The notes under the pieces were generated by a model. That model was not told the DNA's origin, searched no databases, and saw nothing but the letters and a program-made list of their open reading frames with translations. From an uncultured Acidobacteriaceae bacterium (GTDB lineage: Bacteria > Acidobacteriota > Terriglobia > Terriglobales > Acidobacteriaceae): a stretch of 64,000 nucleotides of DNA. The stretch is from the NCBI GenBank assembly GCA_963788415.1, contig CAWBHO010000108.1, positions 4,887-68,886 of the forward strand. The letters run 5' to 3'. The position numbers and the translations under genes are program-made. Shown here one piece after another: positions 1 to 11,650 of this stretch. Position 1 is the stretch's first letter. The number at the start of each line of letters is the position of its first letter.

Positions 1-240
1 CGAGTATTCTTCCTCAATGAAGATTTGGAAAAAGACATCCATGTCGCTGCTTTGGCGCAATCGCACCGTCAGCGGGTGCAGGGCCTGACAGGGACGTGCT
101 CGCCATAATTTCGGTTCGCCAACTCCTGTAATCTGACAAACCCAAAGAAGAAGCCTATGCAGGGCTGACCTGAGACCGAGCACCCTCCTCCATTTTTCCA
201 GGAAGAGGACGTCATTTCGCATTCGTCTCATGCTCTTCAT
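1..240 (-). CDS. N-terminus of probable FkbM-family methyltransferase (runs off window start)
   Basis: Hand translation MKSMRRMRNDVLF...HPLTVRLRQSSDMDVFFQIFIEEEYS, no stop; SDxxVFxQIFxxxEY typically precedes the FkbM domain. Confidence 0.55.
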   Translation of the reverse strand, partial: MKSMRRMRNDVLFLEKWRRVLGLRSALHRLLLWVCQITGVGEPKLWRARPCQALHPLTVRLRQSSDMDVFFQIFIEEEYS

Positions 241-477
241 GGGGCGTATCGTAGCATATTCACATTTAGAATCTGTCTTACAAATGAATGGGTGGGTTGT
301 GGAAGATCCCCTCAGCGGCCAAAGGTGAACTTGCTTGAAGCGGCACGGGCAACGAGCCACTCCCTTTCAAAACCGGCAACGAAACAGCTTCTGGGGGAAT
401 CCGGCTTTGCCGCAAGAGTGCTTCCGCCAACCGTGCGGCGCGGTGGTTTTCTTCCGCGCGCCGCTGGCGAGGGCGGC

Positions 478-605
478 TTAACGCGCCAATCTGCCCGCTA
501 CGTAGATGGTTTGGCTGCTGATCCAGCCTGCATCATCGGAGGGCAGAGAGGCAGCGGCTGTGGCGATGTCGCGAGGTTGGAAGATGCGGCCCTCCGAGCC
601 CACGC
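478..605 (-). pseudogene. C-terminal remnant of SDR oxidoreductase
   Basis: Hand translation GRIFQPRDIATAAASLPSDDAGWISSQTIYVAGRLAR* resembles SDR C-terminal GRxGxPEDIAxAxxFLASDxAxWITGQxIxVxGG; no upstream coding part. Confidence 0.55.
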
Positions 606-636
606 CCACTGCGCCAGCCGCCTGGCCAATGAAGCC

Positions 637-679
637 GGGTACCCCATCCTTACGCGTTTTTCCGGCGCAAGGGTGGGAA
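637..679 (+). repeat. REP-like hairpin repeat, family R1
   Basis: GGGTACCCCATCCT...AAGGGTGGGAA; same pattern at 6627, 49449 and (reverse) 50521. Confidence 0.7.
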
Positions 680-737
680 ACTGCAGACCTCCGCTAGACC
701 GGCTGTTCCCTGTTTCCTAATCCCTTAGTCCCTGCCC

Positions 738-2305
738 TTACGTTTTCCGCCCCAGATCGTTCCGCCACCGGTGTCCCCAGCGCTCCAGCAGGTGATCGGA
801 GCACTCCGGCCCCCACGACCCGGCGAAGTAGTTGGGGAAAACCTCGGGCCGCTTGGCCGCCCAGGCCTCCAGGATCGGCGTGTACAGCGCCCAGGTGGTC
901 TCCACACCGTCGCGGTGCGAAAACAGCGTCTGGTCGCCCAGCATGGCGTCCAGCAGCAGCCGCTCATAGCCGTTGGCGCTCGATTTGCCGAAGGCCGCCG
1001 CGTAGTCGAAGTCCATATTCACCGGGCAGACGGCCATCTCCGGCGTGGTGGGCACCTTGGCGCCAAAGCGCAGCGCGATCCCCTCGTCCGGCTGGATGCG
1101 GATGGTCAGCAGGTTGGGCTGAATCTCGCTGGCAGGGCGTGGTCTGCTTCAGCCGGTCGAAGATCAACAGCGGCGGTTGCTTGAACTGGATGCTGATCTC
1201 CGTGGCCCGCTTCTTCAGCCGCTTGCCCGCGCGCAGATAAAACGGCACTCCCGCCCAGCGCCAGTTCTCCATCTCCAGGCGCAGCGCCGCATAGGTTTCC
1301 GTGCCCGACTCCGGACTGACCCGCTCCTCGTCGCGATAGCCCGCCGCACGCTGCCCCTCGACCACCCCCGGCCCATACTGGCCGCGCACGGCGTCGAGAA
1401 TCGGAATCGGCGGAATCGCGCGCCACACCTTCAGTTTTTCGCGCCGCACGCTCTCGGCCTCAAAGCTCGACGGCGGCTCCAGAGCCACAAAGCTCAGCAG
1501 CTCCATCATGTGGTTCTGCACCACGTCGCGCAGCGCGCCGGCCTTCTCGTAGAACGGCCCGCGGCCCTTCCACGCCCAGCGTCTCGGCTACTGTAATCTG
1601 CACGTGGTCAATGTAATTGCGATTCCAGATCGGCTCGAAAATTCCGTTGGCAAAGCGGAAAACCAGAAGATTCTGCACCGTCTCCTTGCCCAGATAGTGG
1701 TCGATGCGGAAGACCTGGCTCTCGTGGAAGACGGCGTTTACCTGGCGATTGAGTCGCGCGCGCCGATTCCAGATCGTGACCGAAGGGCTTTTCGATCACC
1801 ACGGCCACCTTGCCCTGTTCCGGTTGCGCCATGCCCTGAGCGCCCAGGTTCTCGACGATCCCGGCAAAAAACTCCGGCGCGGTGGCCAGATAGAACAGCC
1901 GGTCGCCGCCAATCCCCTTTTCCTTCGCAATACGTTCCAGTTCGTCCTTCAGGCCCGCATAGCCGCCCGGATCGTCGAACTTCAAGCGGGAAGTAGCCGA
2001 TCCGCTGTACAAAGTTTTCCAGCCTTGGGGTCGTCAGCCTCCGCGCCGCCATGCTCGACGATGCCCGCGCGCATCTCCGCGGCAAATTCATCGCCCAGCG
2101 GCCGCCGCGCCACGCCCACAATGGCAAATTCTCGCGGCAGCAGCCCTGCCTGCTCAAGGTGGAAGAGCGCCGGCAGCAGCTTGCGCTTGGTCAGATCGCC
2201 CGATGCGCCAAAAATTACCAGGATCCCCGGCTCGGGAATCCTCTCGACACCCTGCGGAACCCGGGAAAGATCCTCTGGGCGAACATTCATCTGGATCGTT
2301 GTCAC
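738..2305 (-). CDS. zwf: Glucose-6-phosphate 1-dehydrogenase (several frameshifts, probably sequencing errors)
   Basis: [63 protein letters not shown] and [12 protein letters not shown] lie in consecutive ORF pieces. Confidence 0.93.
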
Positions 2306-2362
2306 GCCGGACTCACCTCCTGCCGGCGTCTTGCCGCGATCTCGCCGGGATTCTCCTGCAAT

Positions 2363-2974
2363 CTACAATACCTTAAGAGCCTCCAACTCGTGCCGCAAAG
2401 CGTCCGCGCCGGTAAACTGGATGGTCTTCATTCCCGCGGCCTGGGCACCGGCGATACTCTGCTCCCGATCGTCGATAAACAGCACCCGCTCCGGTGGCCT
2501 GCCCAGAATGTCCAGCGTCCGCCGGTAGATGGCCGGCTCCGGCTTGCGCAGGCCGACATAGCACGAACTGAACGCAACCTGGAACAGCTTGCGAAGCCCA
2601 TAGTGATCGAAGCGGTAGTCGTTCAGCTCCCGCGCCTCGTTGTTCAAAGCGCCCAGCATACACTTGTCGGCCGCGGCCAACTCATGCAGAATCCCCATTG
2701 CCCCATCCGGGATCGGCACCGAACGCGTGAGCATGAAAGCAAAAACCTCGTCGTGCGAAAAGTCGCGCGGCTCATGGAAGACAACCCCGTCCAGGTAGGC
2801 CTTGACCGTGCTCGCGCCCCGTTCCCACGCGTCAAAATATTTCAGATGCAGGGGTTCGAGAACCGCAATATCCAGATGGAAGTGGTCGGCCACCGCAGTG
2901 CGGTGACTATAGTCCCAGCCGTTGGTCAGCAGTACCTTCCCCACATCAAAAAGAATTACGTCAAATGGAAACAT
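2363..2974 (-). CDS. HAD-family phosphatase
   Basis: ILFDVGKVL motif I, RKPEPAIY, LFIDDR motif IV; GGAGG RBS. Confidence 0.88.
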   Translation of the reverse strand: MFPFDVILFDVGKVLLTNGWDYSHRTAVADHFHLDIAVLEPLHLKYFDAWERGASTVKAYLDGVVFHEPRDFSHDEVFAFMLTRSVPIPDGAMGILHELAAADKCMLGALNNEARELNDYRFDHYGLRKLFQVAFSSCYVGLRKPEPAIYRRTLDILGRPPERVLFIDDREQSIAGAQAAGMKTIQFTGADALRHELEALKVL

Positions 2975-3083
2975 CCGTACCTCCATCCGCGCATTCTTCG
3001 CACTTTAAATGGAGTTGTCAAGCCGCGAATCTCACACTACGGGGCAGACCTGCCGGGGCGGGTGAACGGCCGCCGCTCTCGCG

Positions 3084-3564
3084 CTAGGCTGGGTTCGCGG
3101 AGCCGTCGCCGCACTGATATTTTGCCTCGATGGCCTGCACCTTCCGGAAGCGCCGCGTAAACCGCTCTTCGGAGGTGATGAATTGCGCGCCGACAAAGCG
3201 GTCCACCACCTCGAAGGCCAGCGCCGAACCGATGATGCGCGCGCCCAGAACGCAGACGTTCATGTCGTCGTGCTCCACGCCCTGGTGGGCCGAGTAGGTG
3301 TCGTGGCACATCCCGGCGCGAATGCCGGGCATCTTGTTGGCCGCTACGCAGACCCCCACGCCCGAGCCGCAGATGAGGATCCCGCGCGTCGCCTCGCCCC
3401 GCTTCAGAGCCAGGCCAACCTTCTCGGCAAAGTCGGGATAGTCGCGAGGGCTCGGTGTTATAAGCCCCCAGATCGACCACCTCATGCCCGGCCTTGCCCA
3501 GATAGGCGCGCACTTCTTCCTTCAGAGGAAATCCAGCATGGTCGGATGCAATGACAAGTTTCAA
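3084..3564 (-). CDS. rpiB: Ribose-5-phosphate isomerase B (one frameshift near 3450)
   Basis: IASDHAGFPLKE, then DYPDFA, ICGSGVG, AANK, HDDMNVCVLGAR in the second frame. Confidence 0.92.
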
Positions 3565-3582
3565 AATGCACTCCTTGAGATG

Positions 3583-3696
3583 AGCTTCTAGCTGCTAGCT
3601 TCTAGCCGCTAGCTCGTTCGTGCCGTACCGAAAGGTTTTGCAGCCAATCGGCGGAACCGCGGAGCTAAGAGCTAGAGGCTAGTAGCTAGCAGCTGA
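3583..3696. repeat. Inverted tandem-heptamer element A, between tkt stop and rpiB RBS
   Basis: Left AGCTTCT-AGCTGCT-AGCTTCT-AGCCGCT-AGCTC; right AGCTAAG-AGCTAGA-GGCTAGT-AGCTAGC-AGCTGA; ~46 bp unique spacer. Confidence 0.85.
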
Positions 3697-3697
3697 C

Positions 3698-5697
3698 TTA
3701 CTTCACCAGCTTCTTGGCCCGCGCGGCCACGTTGTCCGCGCTGAATCCCAGCTCCGCCATGACCTTCGGCCCCGGCGCGGAGGCGCCAAAGCGGTCCAGG
3801 CCGACGACGTCGCCGTCCGAGCCCACGTACTTCCACCAGCCCAGCGTCGATCCGGCTTCAACGGCCAGCCTGGGCACGCCAGCGGGCAGGACGCTGGCCT
3901 TGTACTCGGCCGATCTGCTCCTCGAAGATCTTCCAGCTCGGGAAGCTGACGACGCGCGCCGCAATGCCCTCGGCTGCCAGCAGCTTCGCGGCCTCCACGC
4001 AGGGCCAGACCTCGCTAGCCGGCGCCGATCAGAACGACTTGCGGATTGGCGGCATCTTCCAGCACATACGCGCCCTTGCTCACGCCGGCGTACACGTCGC
4101 GCTTGGCCGGATCGATCACCGGCAGATCCTGACGGCTGAGCGCAAAGAAACTCGGCCCCTTGCGTTCAAGCGCCAGCCGCCAGGCCGCGGCCGTCTCGTT
4201 GGCGTCGGCCGGACGGAAATCCGTCAGCCCCGGAATGGCGCGCAGTCCCAGCAGTTGCTCAATCGGCTCGTGCGTCGGCCCATCCTCGCCCACCGCAATC
4301 GAGTCGTGGGTAAAGACGAACAGCGAGTGCAACTGCATCAGCGCGGCCAGCCGGATGGCGGGTTTCGCGTAGTCGGAAAACACAAAGAACGTCGACCCGA
4401 ATGGGATCAGCCCGCCGTGCGCCGCCATGCCGTTCACCGCGGCGCTCATGCCGAACTCGCGCACGCCGAAGAAGACGTTGCGCCCCGCCGGATCTTCGTG
4501 AAAGTTGGCTCCCGGCTTGAAGATTGTCTTGGTCGAGGAGGTCAGGTCCGCGGCTCCGCCAAACAGCTCCGGCACCGGCTCGGCAATCGCGTTCATCACC
4601 GCTCCGCCGGCCGAGCGCGTGGCCTGCGCCTTGCCCGGCTGGAAGCTGGGAATTGCCTTCTCCCAGCCCGGCTGGAGCACGCCCGCCTGGGTGCGCTCGA
4701 ACTCCGCCGCCAGAGCCGGAAACGCCGCCGCATAGCCGGCAAACAGCGCCTTCCACTCAGCTTCGCTCTTCGCGCCGCGTTCGACCGACTGGCGCCAGTT
4801 GGCCAGCGCGCCCTCGGGAACCACGAAGCTCTGATCCTCGGGGAAGCCGAAGAACTTCTTCGTCGCCACCACGGCTTCCGTCCCCAGCGGCTCGCCATGC
4901 GCCTTGTTCGATCCGGCCTTGGGGCTTCCGTAGCCGATCACCGTCCGCACCGCGATGATCGACGGCTTGCCGGTTTCGGCCTTGGCCGCTTCAATCGCCG
5001 CTTCCAGGGCTGCCAGGTCGTTGCCGTCAGCCACCCGCTGCGTGTGCCAGTGATAGGCCTCGAAGCGCTCCAGAGCGTTGTCGGTGTAGCTCAGGCTGGT
5101 CGGCCCGTCCAGCGAAATCAGGTTGTCGTCGTAAAGCAGAATCAGCTTGCCCAGCCCCAGCGTTCCCGCCAGCGCGGCAGCCTCGTGCGAGACGCCCTCC
5201 ATCAAGTCGCCGTCGCCCAGCAGGACATACGTGTGGTGATCCACAACTTCGAAGCCCGGGCGGTTGTACACCGCGCCCAGGTGCTTTTCCGCGATGGCCA
5301 TCCCCACGGCCATCGCCATGCCCTGGCCCAGCGGGCCGGTCGTCACTTCCACGCCGTCCAGATGGCCGCGCTCCGGGTGCCCCGGCGTGCGCGAACCCCA
5401 CTGCCGGAAGCTCTTCAGATCGTCGAGCGTCACATCGTAACCGGAAAGAAACAGCGTTCCGTAGAGCAGCGCCGAGGCGTGCCCGTTCGACAGCACGAAG
5501 CGGTCCCGGTCCGCCCACTTGGAATTGGCTGGATTGTGCTTCATCCGATCATGAAAAAGCAGATAAGCGATGGGCGCGCAGCCCAGCGGAGCGCCGGGAT
5601 GGCCGCTCCTGGCCTTTTCCACGGCGTCGACCGCCAGCAGCCGCAAAGTATCGATGGACAATTGATCGAGCGAGCGTTCAGTAAGGCTTGAAGTCAT
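3698..5697 (-). CDS. tkt: Transketolase (frameshifted near 3900-4020)
   Basis: [62 protein letters not shown]. Confidence 0.95.
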
Positions 5698-5940
5698 ATC
5701 TCTTTCCTTGAGAGCACGTATTTTCCCTTAAGGGAATGATACTCGTCCGACCCCGGAAAACAGGAGTTGCAACTTTCCCGCACCCTGCGCGCATTCATCC
5801 GCGTCTAAGGGGGTGTATATTTTTGCCCGACGGAGTCGGCAACTGGTTTCCCCCGCGCTGGGTCCAACAAAATCAGCGCATTACAGGTTAGCCGAGACTG
5901 CGCTCAACCAGTACAATCCATGATGGAGGAGATTTCCCCT

Positions 5941-6564
5941 ATGGCATACGAACTTGCACCGCTTCCCTACGACTACGCCGCCCTTGAGCCGTTCATCGAC
6001 GCCGAAACCATGAAGATTCACCACGACAAGCATCACCAGGCCTACATCAACAACCTGAATGCCGCCCTGGCCAGCCACCCCGCTCTGGCCGCAAAATCCG
6101 TCGACGACCTGATCCGCGATCTGGCCGGCGTTCCCGAGGAGATTCGCTCGGCTGTTCGCAACAACGGCGGCGGCCACTCCAATCACACCGCCTTTTGGAA
6201 GCTGATGGGCCCGGCCGGCTCGGATGGCGTGGGCGGCGCGCCCTCGGGCGCCATCGCCGCGCAGATCAACGCCGACTTCGGCGACTTCGAGGCCTTCAAA
6301 AAGACCTTCAACGAAACCACCGCCAAGCAGTTCGGCTCCGGATGGGGCTGGCTGGTCTTCACCGCTGGCAAGCTGAAGGTGCTCACCACGGCGAATCAGG
6401 ATTCGCCGCTTTCGCAGGGCCTCTATCCCGTCCTCGGCAACGACGTCTGGGAGCACGCCTACTACCTGAAGTATCAGAACCGCCGCCCCGATTACCTGGC
6501 CGCATGGTGGAACGTCGTCAACTGGCATGAGGTCAACAAGCGCTTCGCCGTGGCCAAAGGCTGA
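5941..6564 (+). CDS. sodA: Mn/Fe superoxide dismutase (Mn-type signature)
   Basis: [34 protein letters not shown]. Confidence 0.95.
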   Translation: MAYELAPLPYDYAALEPFIDAETMKIHHDKHHQAYINNLNAALASHPALAAKSVDDLIRDLAGVPEEIRSAVRNNGGGHSNHTAFWKLMGPAGSDGVGGAPSGAIAAQINADFGDFEAFKKTFNETTAKQFGSGWGWLVFTAGKLKVLTTANQDSPLSQGLYPVLGNDVWEHAYYLKYQNRRPDYLAAWWNVVNWHEVNKRFAVAKG

Positions 6565-6626
6565 ATTCACTGGTCAGCCGCTAGCGGTCGGCTGGTTGGC
6601 TGATCCTCGACCTAACCAAAAACTCC

Positions 6627-6670
6627 GGGTGCCCCATCCTTTCCGCCTCTTTTCGCGGAAAGGGTGGGAA
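6627..6670 (+). repeat. REP-like hairpin repeat, family R1
   Basis: GGGTGCCCCATCCTTTCCGC...GCGGAAAGGGTGGGAA. Confidence 0.72.
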
Positions 6671-6775
6671 TCCGCGAGTCTTCCCCGCGCACCGTAAAAC
6701 CCGTCGTAACTTCCTTTCTTTGGCAACTTTCTCTCTGGTTCTGTGTCTAAAGGTTCAGATTGGATGGAGAGATTC

Positions 6776-7501
6776 ATGCGCAATTTCATGCTTTTCCCGC
6801 TCGCGGCGCTCGTTGCCTTGGCGCCTGCCGCAATCGCTCAGTCGGGCAGTTTCATCGTCTCGCAACACGGCCAGCAGGTCGGCACGGCCAGCTTCCACCT
6901 CACCCCCACTCCCCGCGGCCACGACTTGACCTCGGTGGTGCGCATTGCCATGAAGGGCCTCGATTACGACCTATCCGCGACCGAGCGTCTCACACCGGAC
7001 TACCGGATGCGCCAGGTGCAACTGAGCGGCTCCGTGAACGGTTCGGCCGTCGCCGTCACCGCCTTGCCCGGAGCAGCGCAGATCGTGCTGAACACTTCGG
7101 CCAACGGCCACACCACCACCACGCCTTTGGCCGCGCACCCCGGCGCCGTCTTCCTGGCCGACTTTGATCCCGGCGATCTTGAAGCCCTTTTGCGTCTCGC
7201 CGTGGTTCAAAACGACCGCGACCTGTGGGCCATCATCCCCAAGAAGGCCGGCTCCATCGTGCCCATCCGGCTGGCCACGTACGCCGACCAGGATGGCACC
7301 CTCGACGGCAAGCCCATCGTCGTCCACCACCTGGTCACCACCATCTCCGGAGCCGGCACGGACCTGTTCTCGGGCCCTGAAAATCAGCTTCTTCAGGCCG
7401 AACTTCCCCAGGTTGGCTTCGCCTTGATCCGCAAGGGGTTCGTCCTCACCCCGCCATCCAAGGCCGGCGCTCCGCCAGCCGCTCAACCGGCCGCGAAGTA
7501 G
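6776..7501 (+). CDS. Hypothetical secreted protein
   Basis: Signal peptide MRNFMLFPLAALVALAPAAIA, GC-rich codon usage, GGAG upstream. Confidence 0.75.
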   Translation: MRNFMLFPLAALVALAPAAIAQSGSFIVSQHGQQVGTASFHLTPTPRGHDLTSVVRIAMKGLDYDLSATERLTPDYRMRQVQLSGSVNGSAVAVTALPGAAQIVLNTSANGHTTTTPLAAHPGAVFLADFDPGDLEALLRLAVVQNDRDLWAIIPKKAGSIVPIRLATYADQDGTLDGKPIVVHHLVTTISGAGTDLFSGPENQLLQAELPQVGFALIRKGFVLTPPSKAGAPPAAQPAAK

Positions 7502-7651
7502 CCAGCGCGCATCCATCCCGCCGCACGGCCGCCCTGCCCGCCGTGCCGGGGCGGATGTTCTGCTCAAAATTGTTTGGTGTTTTCGGGGCAAATTTGCTTG
7601 ATGAATATAAAGCTAGCTCCGGCCTTGCTCGAAATGGGACGCCATGGGTTG

Positions 7652-7719
7652 GCTGTGTAACAGGGCAGGACTTCAGTCGTGCCGAAAGACCGCAAAATCA
7701 ACGCGGGCTTTAGCCCCTG
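7652..7719 (-). repeat. Bipartite REP-like repeat, family R2
   Basis: Reverse complement of 46075-46141 (CAGGGGCTAAAGCCC...GGCACGACTGAAGTCGTGCCCTGTTAC). Confidence 0.8.
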
Positions 7720-7759
7720 AGAACCGATCCCTCCTCGATAACAAGGGGAGAAAAGCTTG

Positions 7760-8070
7760 AGAGCCTGTTATGAACTTTCCCGCGGGCGGCGCTGGGAGCC
7801 AATTTTTCTCAGTACGAGGAATGAGGAGCGACGAATATGGAGTATCTTCGAGCGACGAGTGATGACGAAATGAAGGAAATTGGCCCCGGCCCTTCGGCTT
7901 CCACCCCGTCAAACAAAGATCGTTCGTCGGGGGCCCCGGGTTGCGGCGAAAATCGCGCCATACTTCGTTGTCATCCTCGACGGTGGTCCCGCCACAGCCT
8001 TCGGATTCCGCCTCGTATGGCCCGATTTTCGTCCGCAACGCCGCCTGCGCGAAAGTTAATGACAGGCTCT
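7760..8070. mobile_element. Non-autonomous MITE-like element (~310 bp)
   Basis: TIRs AGAGCCTGTTATGAACTTTC / GAAAGTTAATGACAGGCTCT match 18/20; right end forms CTAG; no transposase. Confidence 0.7.
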
Positions 8071-8390
8071 AGTCGCCTCGGCGTGAGCACAGACGGCCGA
8101 AGCCAGAACAAGATCACCCTCCCTGCTTGGCCGGCTCCGCTCCGCAAAGCAGGCTTCGACCGGCATCATCTGGGATTCAATCTTCGCCCTGCCGGCTGGA
8201 AAGGCCAGGAACAGGGGGGATCATGGCCTTGGTGAGACTATGCGGAAGGTAGATCGGCGCGCTTCTTCTGGCTCTGCACTGTGGTAGTTTTCCGGTGCAC
8301 CGAGGACTGAAATCAAAACTCTCACACAAGAGCGATTGCAAGTGGCGGATGCTGATAACCTTGGAAAAGAGAGGACGCAGCCGTTCATAT

Positions 8391-8477
8391 GCCCGGATGG
8401 CGAAACTGGCAGACGCAGCGGACTTAAAATCCGCAGGCCGCGAGGCCGTGGGGGTTCAAGTCCCCCTCCGGGCACCA
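8391..8477 (+). tRNA. tRNA-Leu(TAA)
   Basis: GCCCGGA/TCCGGGC acceptor stem, anticodon arm GCGGA-CTTAAAA-TCCGC, long variable arm, GGTTCAAGTCC, CCA end. Confidence 0.97.
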
Positions 8478-8503
8478 ATATAATAGACAACTTACCGCGA
8501 GAT

Positions 8504-8532
8504 AGGCCGCCGACAGCAGGTGGCCGTTTTTA
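8504..8532 (+). terminator. Probable intrinsic terminator after tRNA-Leu
   Basis: GGCCGCC...GGTGGCC stem followed by GTTTTTAT. Confidence 0.5.
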
Positions 8533-8632
8533 TTTGGTGGCTGTTTTGATGGCTGTTGGTTCCGATTGTCGGTGTTCACTCAAGAATGAGCAGTAGAATG
8601 GACGCAATCAAACTGCCAAGGACTTAGGCTCA

Positions 8633-10147
8633 ATGCGTCAAAATGTTCACTGGGTATCGAACTATGAGATAACAGAAGCTGACCAACCCATTGCCCCGAT
8701 CAGGGGCATTTTGCGGACGCTCCGTTCTAATCAATGGCTAGTCCTATCACGTGTTTTTGCAGAAGAAAGAACTGAATTCTTTCCATTCCGAAAGCGGGAG
8801 CTTATTGAAAGGTTTGCAGATGCTCAGCCCCTTTCCGTCGCTTCGGAAGTTCTTCGTCTGCCAGAACACGGGGCAACACCATTAGAAAAACGTATCTGGC
8901 GCACAGAGCTGAATGTCGATCAGTCTGTAGAGCTTTCTCGAATGGTCTGGGTGGATGAACGAGGAATGCTTCTCGGTATTGGAGTCCCTAGGGAAGAGCG
9001 GGAACACCTCAGGGTGATCACGAGCTATCTCAAAGTTAGCGAGGAACTCGCGCCTCAGATGCATGTGCTGGAAGAACTCGATGGAGTCTTGGAAAAAGCG
9101 AGCGGAGGGGGCAGAGAAAAACACCAAGACTCTAAGGTGGGTGCAGGGCCGTGTTGGATCGTTCCCGTGTTTTATGCCACAGACCGAAAGCGGAATCCTC
9201 AATCTTCAGAGGAGGACATACGCTATACAAATGAGCGGGCTCCGAGTGAGATAGTGTCGCTCGGTGTATGCAGTGTCAGCATCCCTAAATCGCATGAACT
9301 AGGCAAATTAGAGCGGCCGCCAAAGTGGAAGATTTGGGCGCGGCTGAAACCGAGTGAGCATATCATGCTTCTGAGCACCACAGAACTCTCTAGCCAGGAA
9401 TTTTGGCAGTGGCTTGATACCTCTGTGAGTGAAAGTGCGAAGCGAGACGCATTTATCTTTGTCCATGGTTATAACGTCTCGTTTGAAGATGCAGCGTTAC
9501 GAACTGCGCAATTGGCCAAAGATTTGTCATTCGAAGGTGGGCCGGTCATGTTTAGTTGGCCATCTAAGGGTAAAGTGCTGTCCGGCTATTTATCTGACGA
9601 AGGGACAATTCAGTGGAGCCGGCTGCATCTCAAAAAGTTCATCGAAGATGTTTGTATGTCATCCAATGCGAGCGCTGTACACCTGATAGCGCACAGCATG
9701 GGTTCGAGGGCTCTAGTAGAAGTGGTTCAAGCTTTGAACTCGGCAATCCTCCCCGCAAATACTCTTAAGCAGTTGATCTTTGCTGCTCCCGATGTTGACT
9801 CCGGAGTTTTTCAACAGGCAGCACAAGTCTTAAGCACTATGTGCTCACGAGTAACTCTCTATGCCTCTGATAACGACAAGGCGTTGAGAATTTCAAAGGC
9901 GGTTCACGGATATGCTCGTGCAGGAGAAGCAGGGGCAGGCATACTGTTTGTTGCTGGAGTAGATACCATAGATGCTTCACTTGTGGACACTGATTTTTTA
10001 GGCCACTCTGGGTTTGCGACGGCGAATCCTTTGATGCAGGACATCTATTATCTGGTTCAGCACGGACATGGCCCAAATCAACGTTTTGGCTTGGACCAAC
10101 ATTCATGCTCTTTCGGTACGTACTGGAGTTTCAAAGCAGGCGCCTAG
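8633..10147 (+). CDS. Alpha/beta hydrolase (DUF900-like) with unknown N-terminal region
   Basis: VPVFYATDR, FIFVHGYN, FSWPS, AHSMG nucleophile elbow, AAPDVD, FLGHS; lower GC. Confidence 0.82.
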   Translation: MRQNVHWVSNYEITEADQPIAPIRGILRTLRSNQWLVLSRVFAEERTEFFPFRKRELIERFADAQPLSVASEVLRLPEHGATPLEKRIWRTELNVDQSVELSRMVWVDERGMLLGIGVPREEREHLRVITSYLKVSEELAPQMHVLEELDGVLEKASGGGREKHQDSKVGAGPCWIVPVFYATDRKRNPQSSEEDIRYTNERAPSEIVSLGVCSVSIPKSHELGKLERPPKWKIWARLKPSEHIMLLSTTELSSQEFWQWLDTSVSESAKRDAFIFVHGYNVSFEDAALRTAQLAKDLSFEGGPVMFSWPSKGKVLSGYLSDEGTIQWSRLHLKKFIEDVCMSSNASAVHLIAHSMGSRALVEVVQALNSAILPANTLKQLIFAAPDVDSGVFQQAAQVLSTMCSRVTLYASDNDKALRISKAVHGYARAGEAGAGILFVAGVDTIDASLVDTDFLGHSGFATANPLMQDIYYLVQHGHGPNQRFGLDQHSCSFGTYWSFKAGA

Positions 10148-11646
10148 TACTACTGTGTTATAAACGATGAACGCCGCAGAACGGGCATGGACACAGCTGG
10201 CGGAGCAGGGAGCGGGCCAGGAGGATGCGTAATGAGGCGATGGAGTGCGGGTTATGCCGTTCCGGGCGGATGCGAACCTCGGGGCTGGAAGTTAGGCGGC
10301 AGTTCGGGGGCTGATAGTCCAAGATGCCCGCCGCGGGCCGAGGGGGAAAAGCGACTCCGTTCGGCCACCAGGAAGCCATAGGCGGCGATCGAGAGTGTCG
10401 CGTGATGATGAAAGCCGCGCCAGCCGCGGCCTTCGAAGTGGCCCAGGCCGAGTTCCTGTTTCAGTTCTTCATAATCGCGTTCGATGATCCAGCGTTGTTT
10501 GGCCAGAGCGACCAGGTCGCGCAATCGGGTGCTTTTCGTCAGGTTCGACATCCAGTATTTGCGCGGTTCGCTTTCTCCGCGAGGCCACTCGATGAGCAGC
10601 CACTCCTGCTCTCGCGGCTGGCGGAGTTTGTGGTCGCGATGTGCAGCGCGGACGCGCACGGCGGCGAAGCGGGAGCGCAGAGGATGACGTGTGCCTTCCC
10701 GCCATTTCACGGTTTTCCATGCCCCGGTCGGCAAGCTCAGCGCCAGTTGCTTGGCTGATACCGGTGCATGTTCCGCGTCGCGGCGCACGCGGTTGGCTGG
10801 CCGGCCGCGGCCTGAGTATTCAGGCGCGGGCAGCGGCCGTGTTCCCGGTGGCCAGACGGTGGTGGTGCTTTGGATGCCCAGCACATAGCTCAATTCCAGT
10901 TTGGCTACATCTTGTCGAAAGCCGGTATCGTTGCCGTATGCCGGGTCGGCCAGCACCGTTGCCCGGGCAATTCCGTCGGCGATTGCCTGGCGGATCTGGC
11001 CGAGCGCGATCTCCAGCTTAGTCTGAAAAACAATGGCGCTCGGGATCTTGGCTTGTTGTCTGAGCTGGCTGTCGTTGGCCCACTGTTCCGGCAGATATAA
11101 ACGGTAGGCAACGGGTAGACTGGCTGTCCATGTGGCCACCGACAGGCTGACGGCCACCTGGCAGTTATCCTGCTTGCCTGTCTGTCCGCAATACTGGCGC
11201 GCAACTCCCACGGAATGGGTGCCCTTTTTCGGCAGGCCGGTACCATCGACGATCCAGGCCACGACAGGGCCGGTCTTGGTCATCGCCGCCAGTGCATAGT
11301 CGCGCGTCGAGCCCAACAGGGCCTCGTCGCTCCAGCCTGCGTCGGCCACCACATGGTGCAACGACTGGTGCATGCTCCGGACGTTGTCCGGAGCATGCCG
11401 CGCCGCCATCGGCTCGACCGACTTGCGCTCCCCGGGCAGCAGCAGCCCGGTGCAATACAACTTGAGAGGAACAGCACGATCCGCATGCCCGGCAGCTTCC
11501 CCCAGACGATCAAGATAGCTCGTCAGCCGTTGCTGCCGGGCGACTGAAGTTCCAGCCTTGGCGCCCATGCAAACAAGCTACAACCATACCTGCAGGCAAA
11601 TGCCGGGAATCTCGCAGTGAGGAATCTAGTTTATAACACAGTAGTA
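10148..11646 (-). mobile_element. IS701-family element, copy 1 (transposase 10252-11568)
   Basis: TIR TACTACTGTGTTATAAAC at both ends, CTAG on both flanks; KKGTHSVGVARQYCG, RWIIERDYEELKQELGLGHFEGRGWRGFHHH. Confidence 0.93.
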
Positions 11647-11650
11647 CTAG

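Noticed and set aside
7837-8235. Protein-coding ORFs upstream of tRNA-Leu
   Set aside because: They overlap the MITE and show no recognisable motifs
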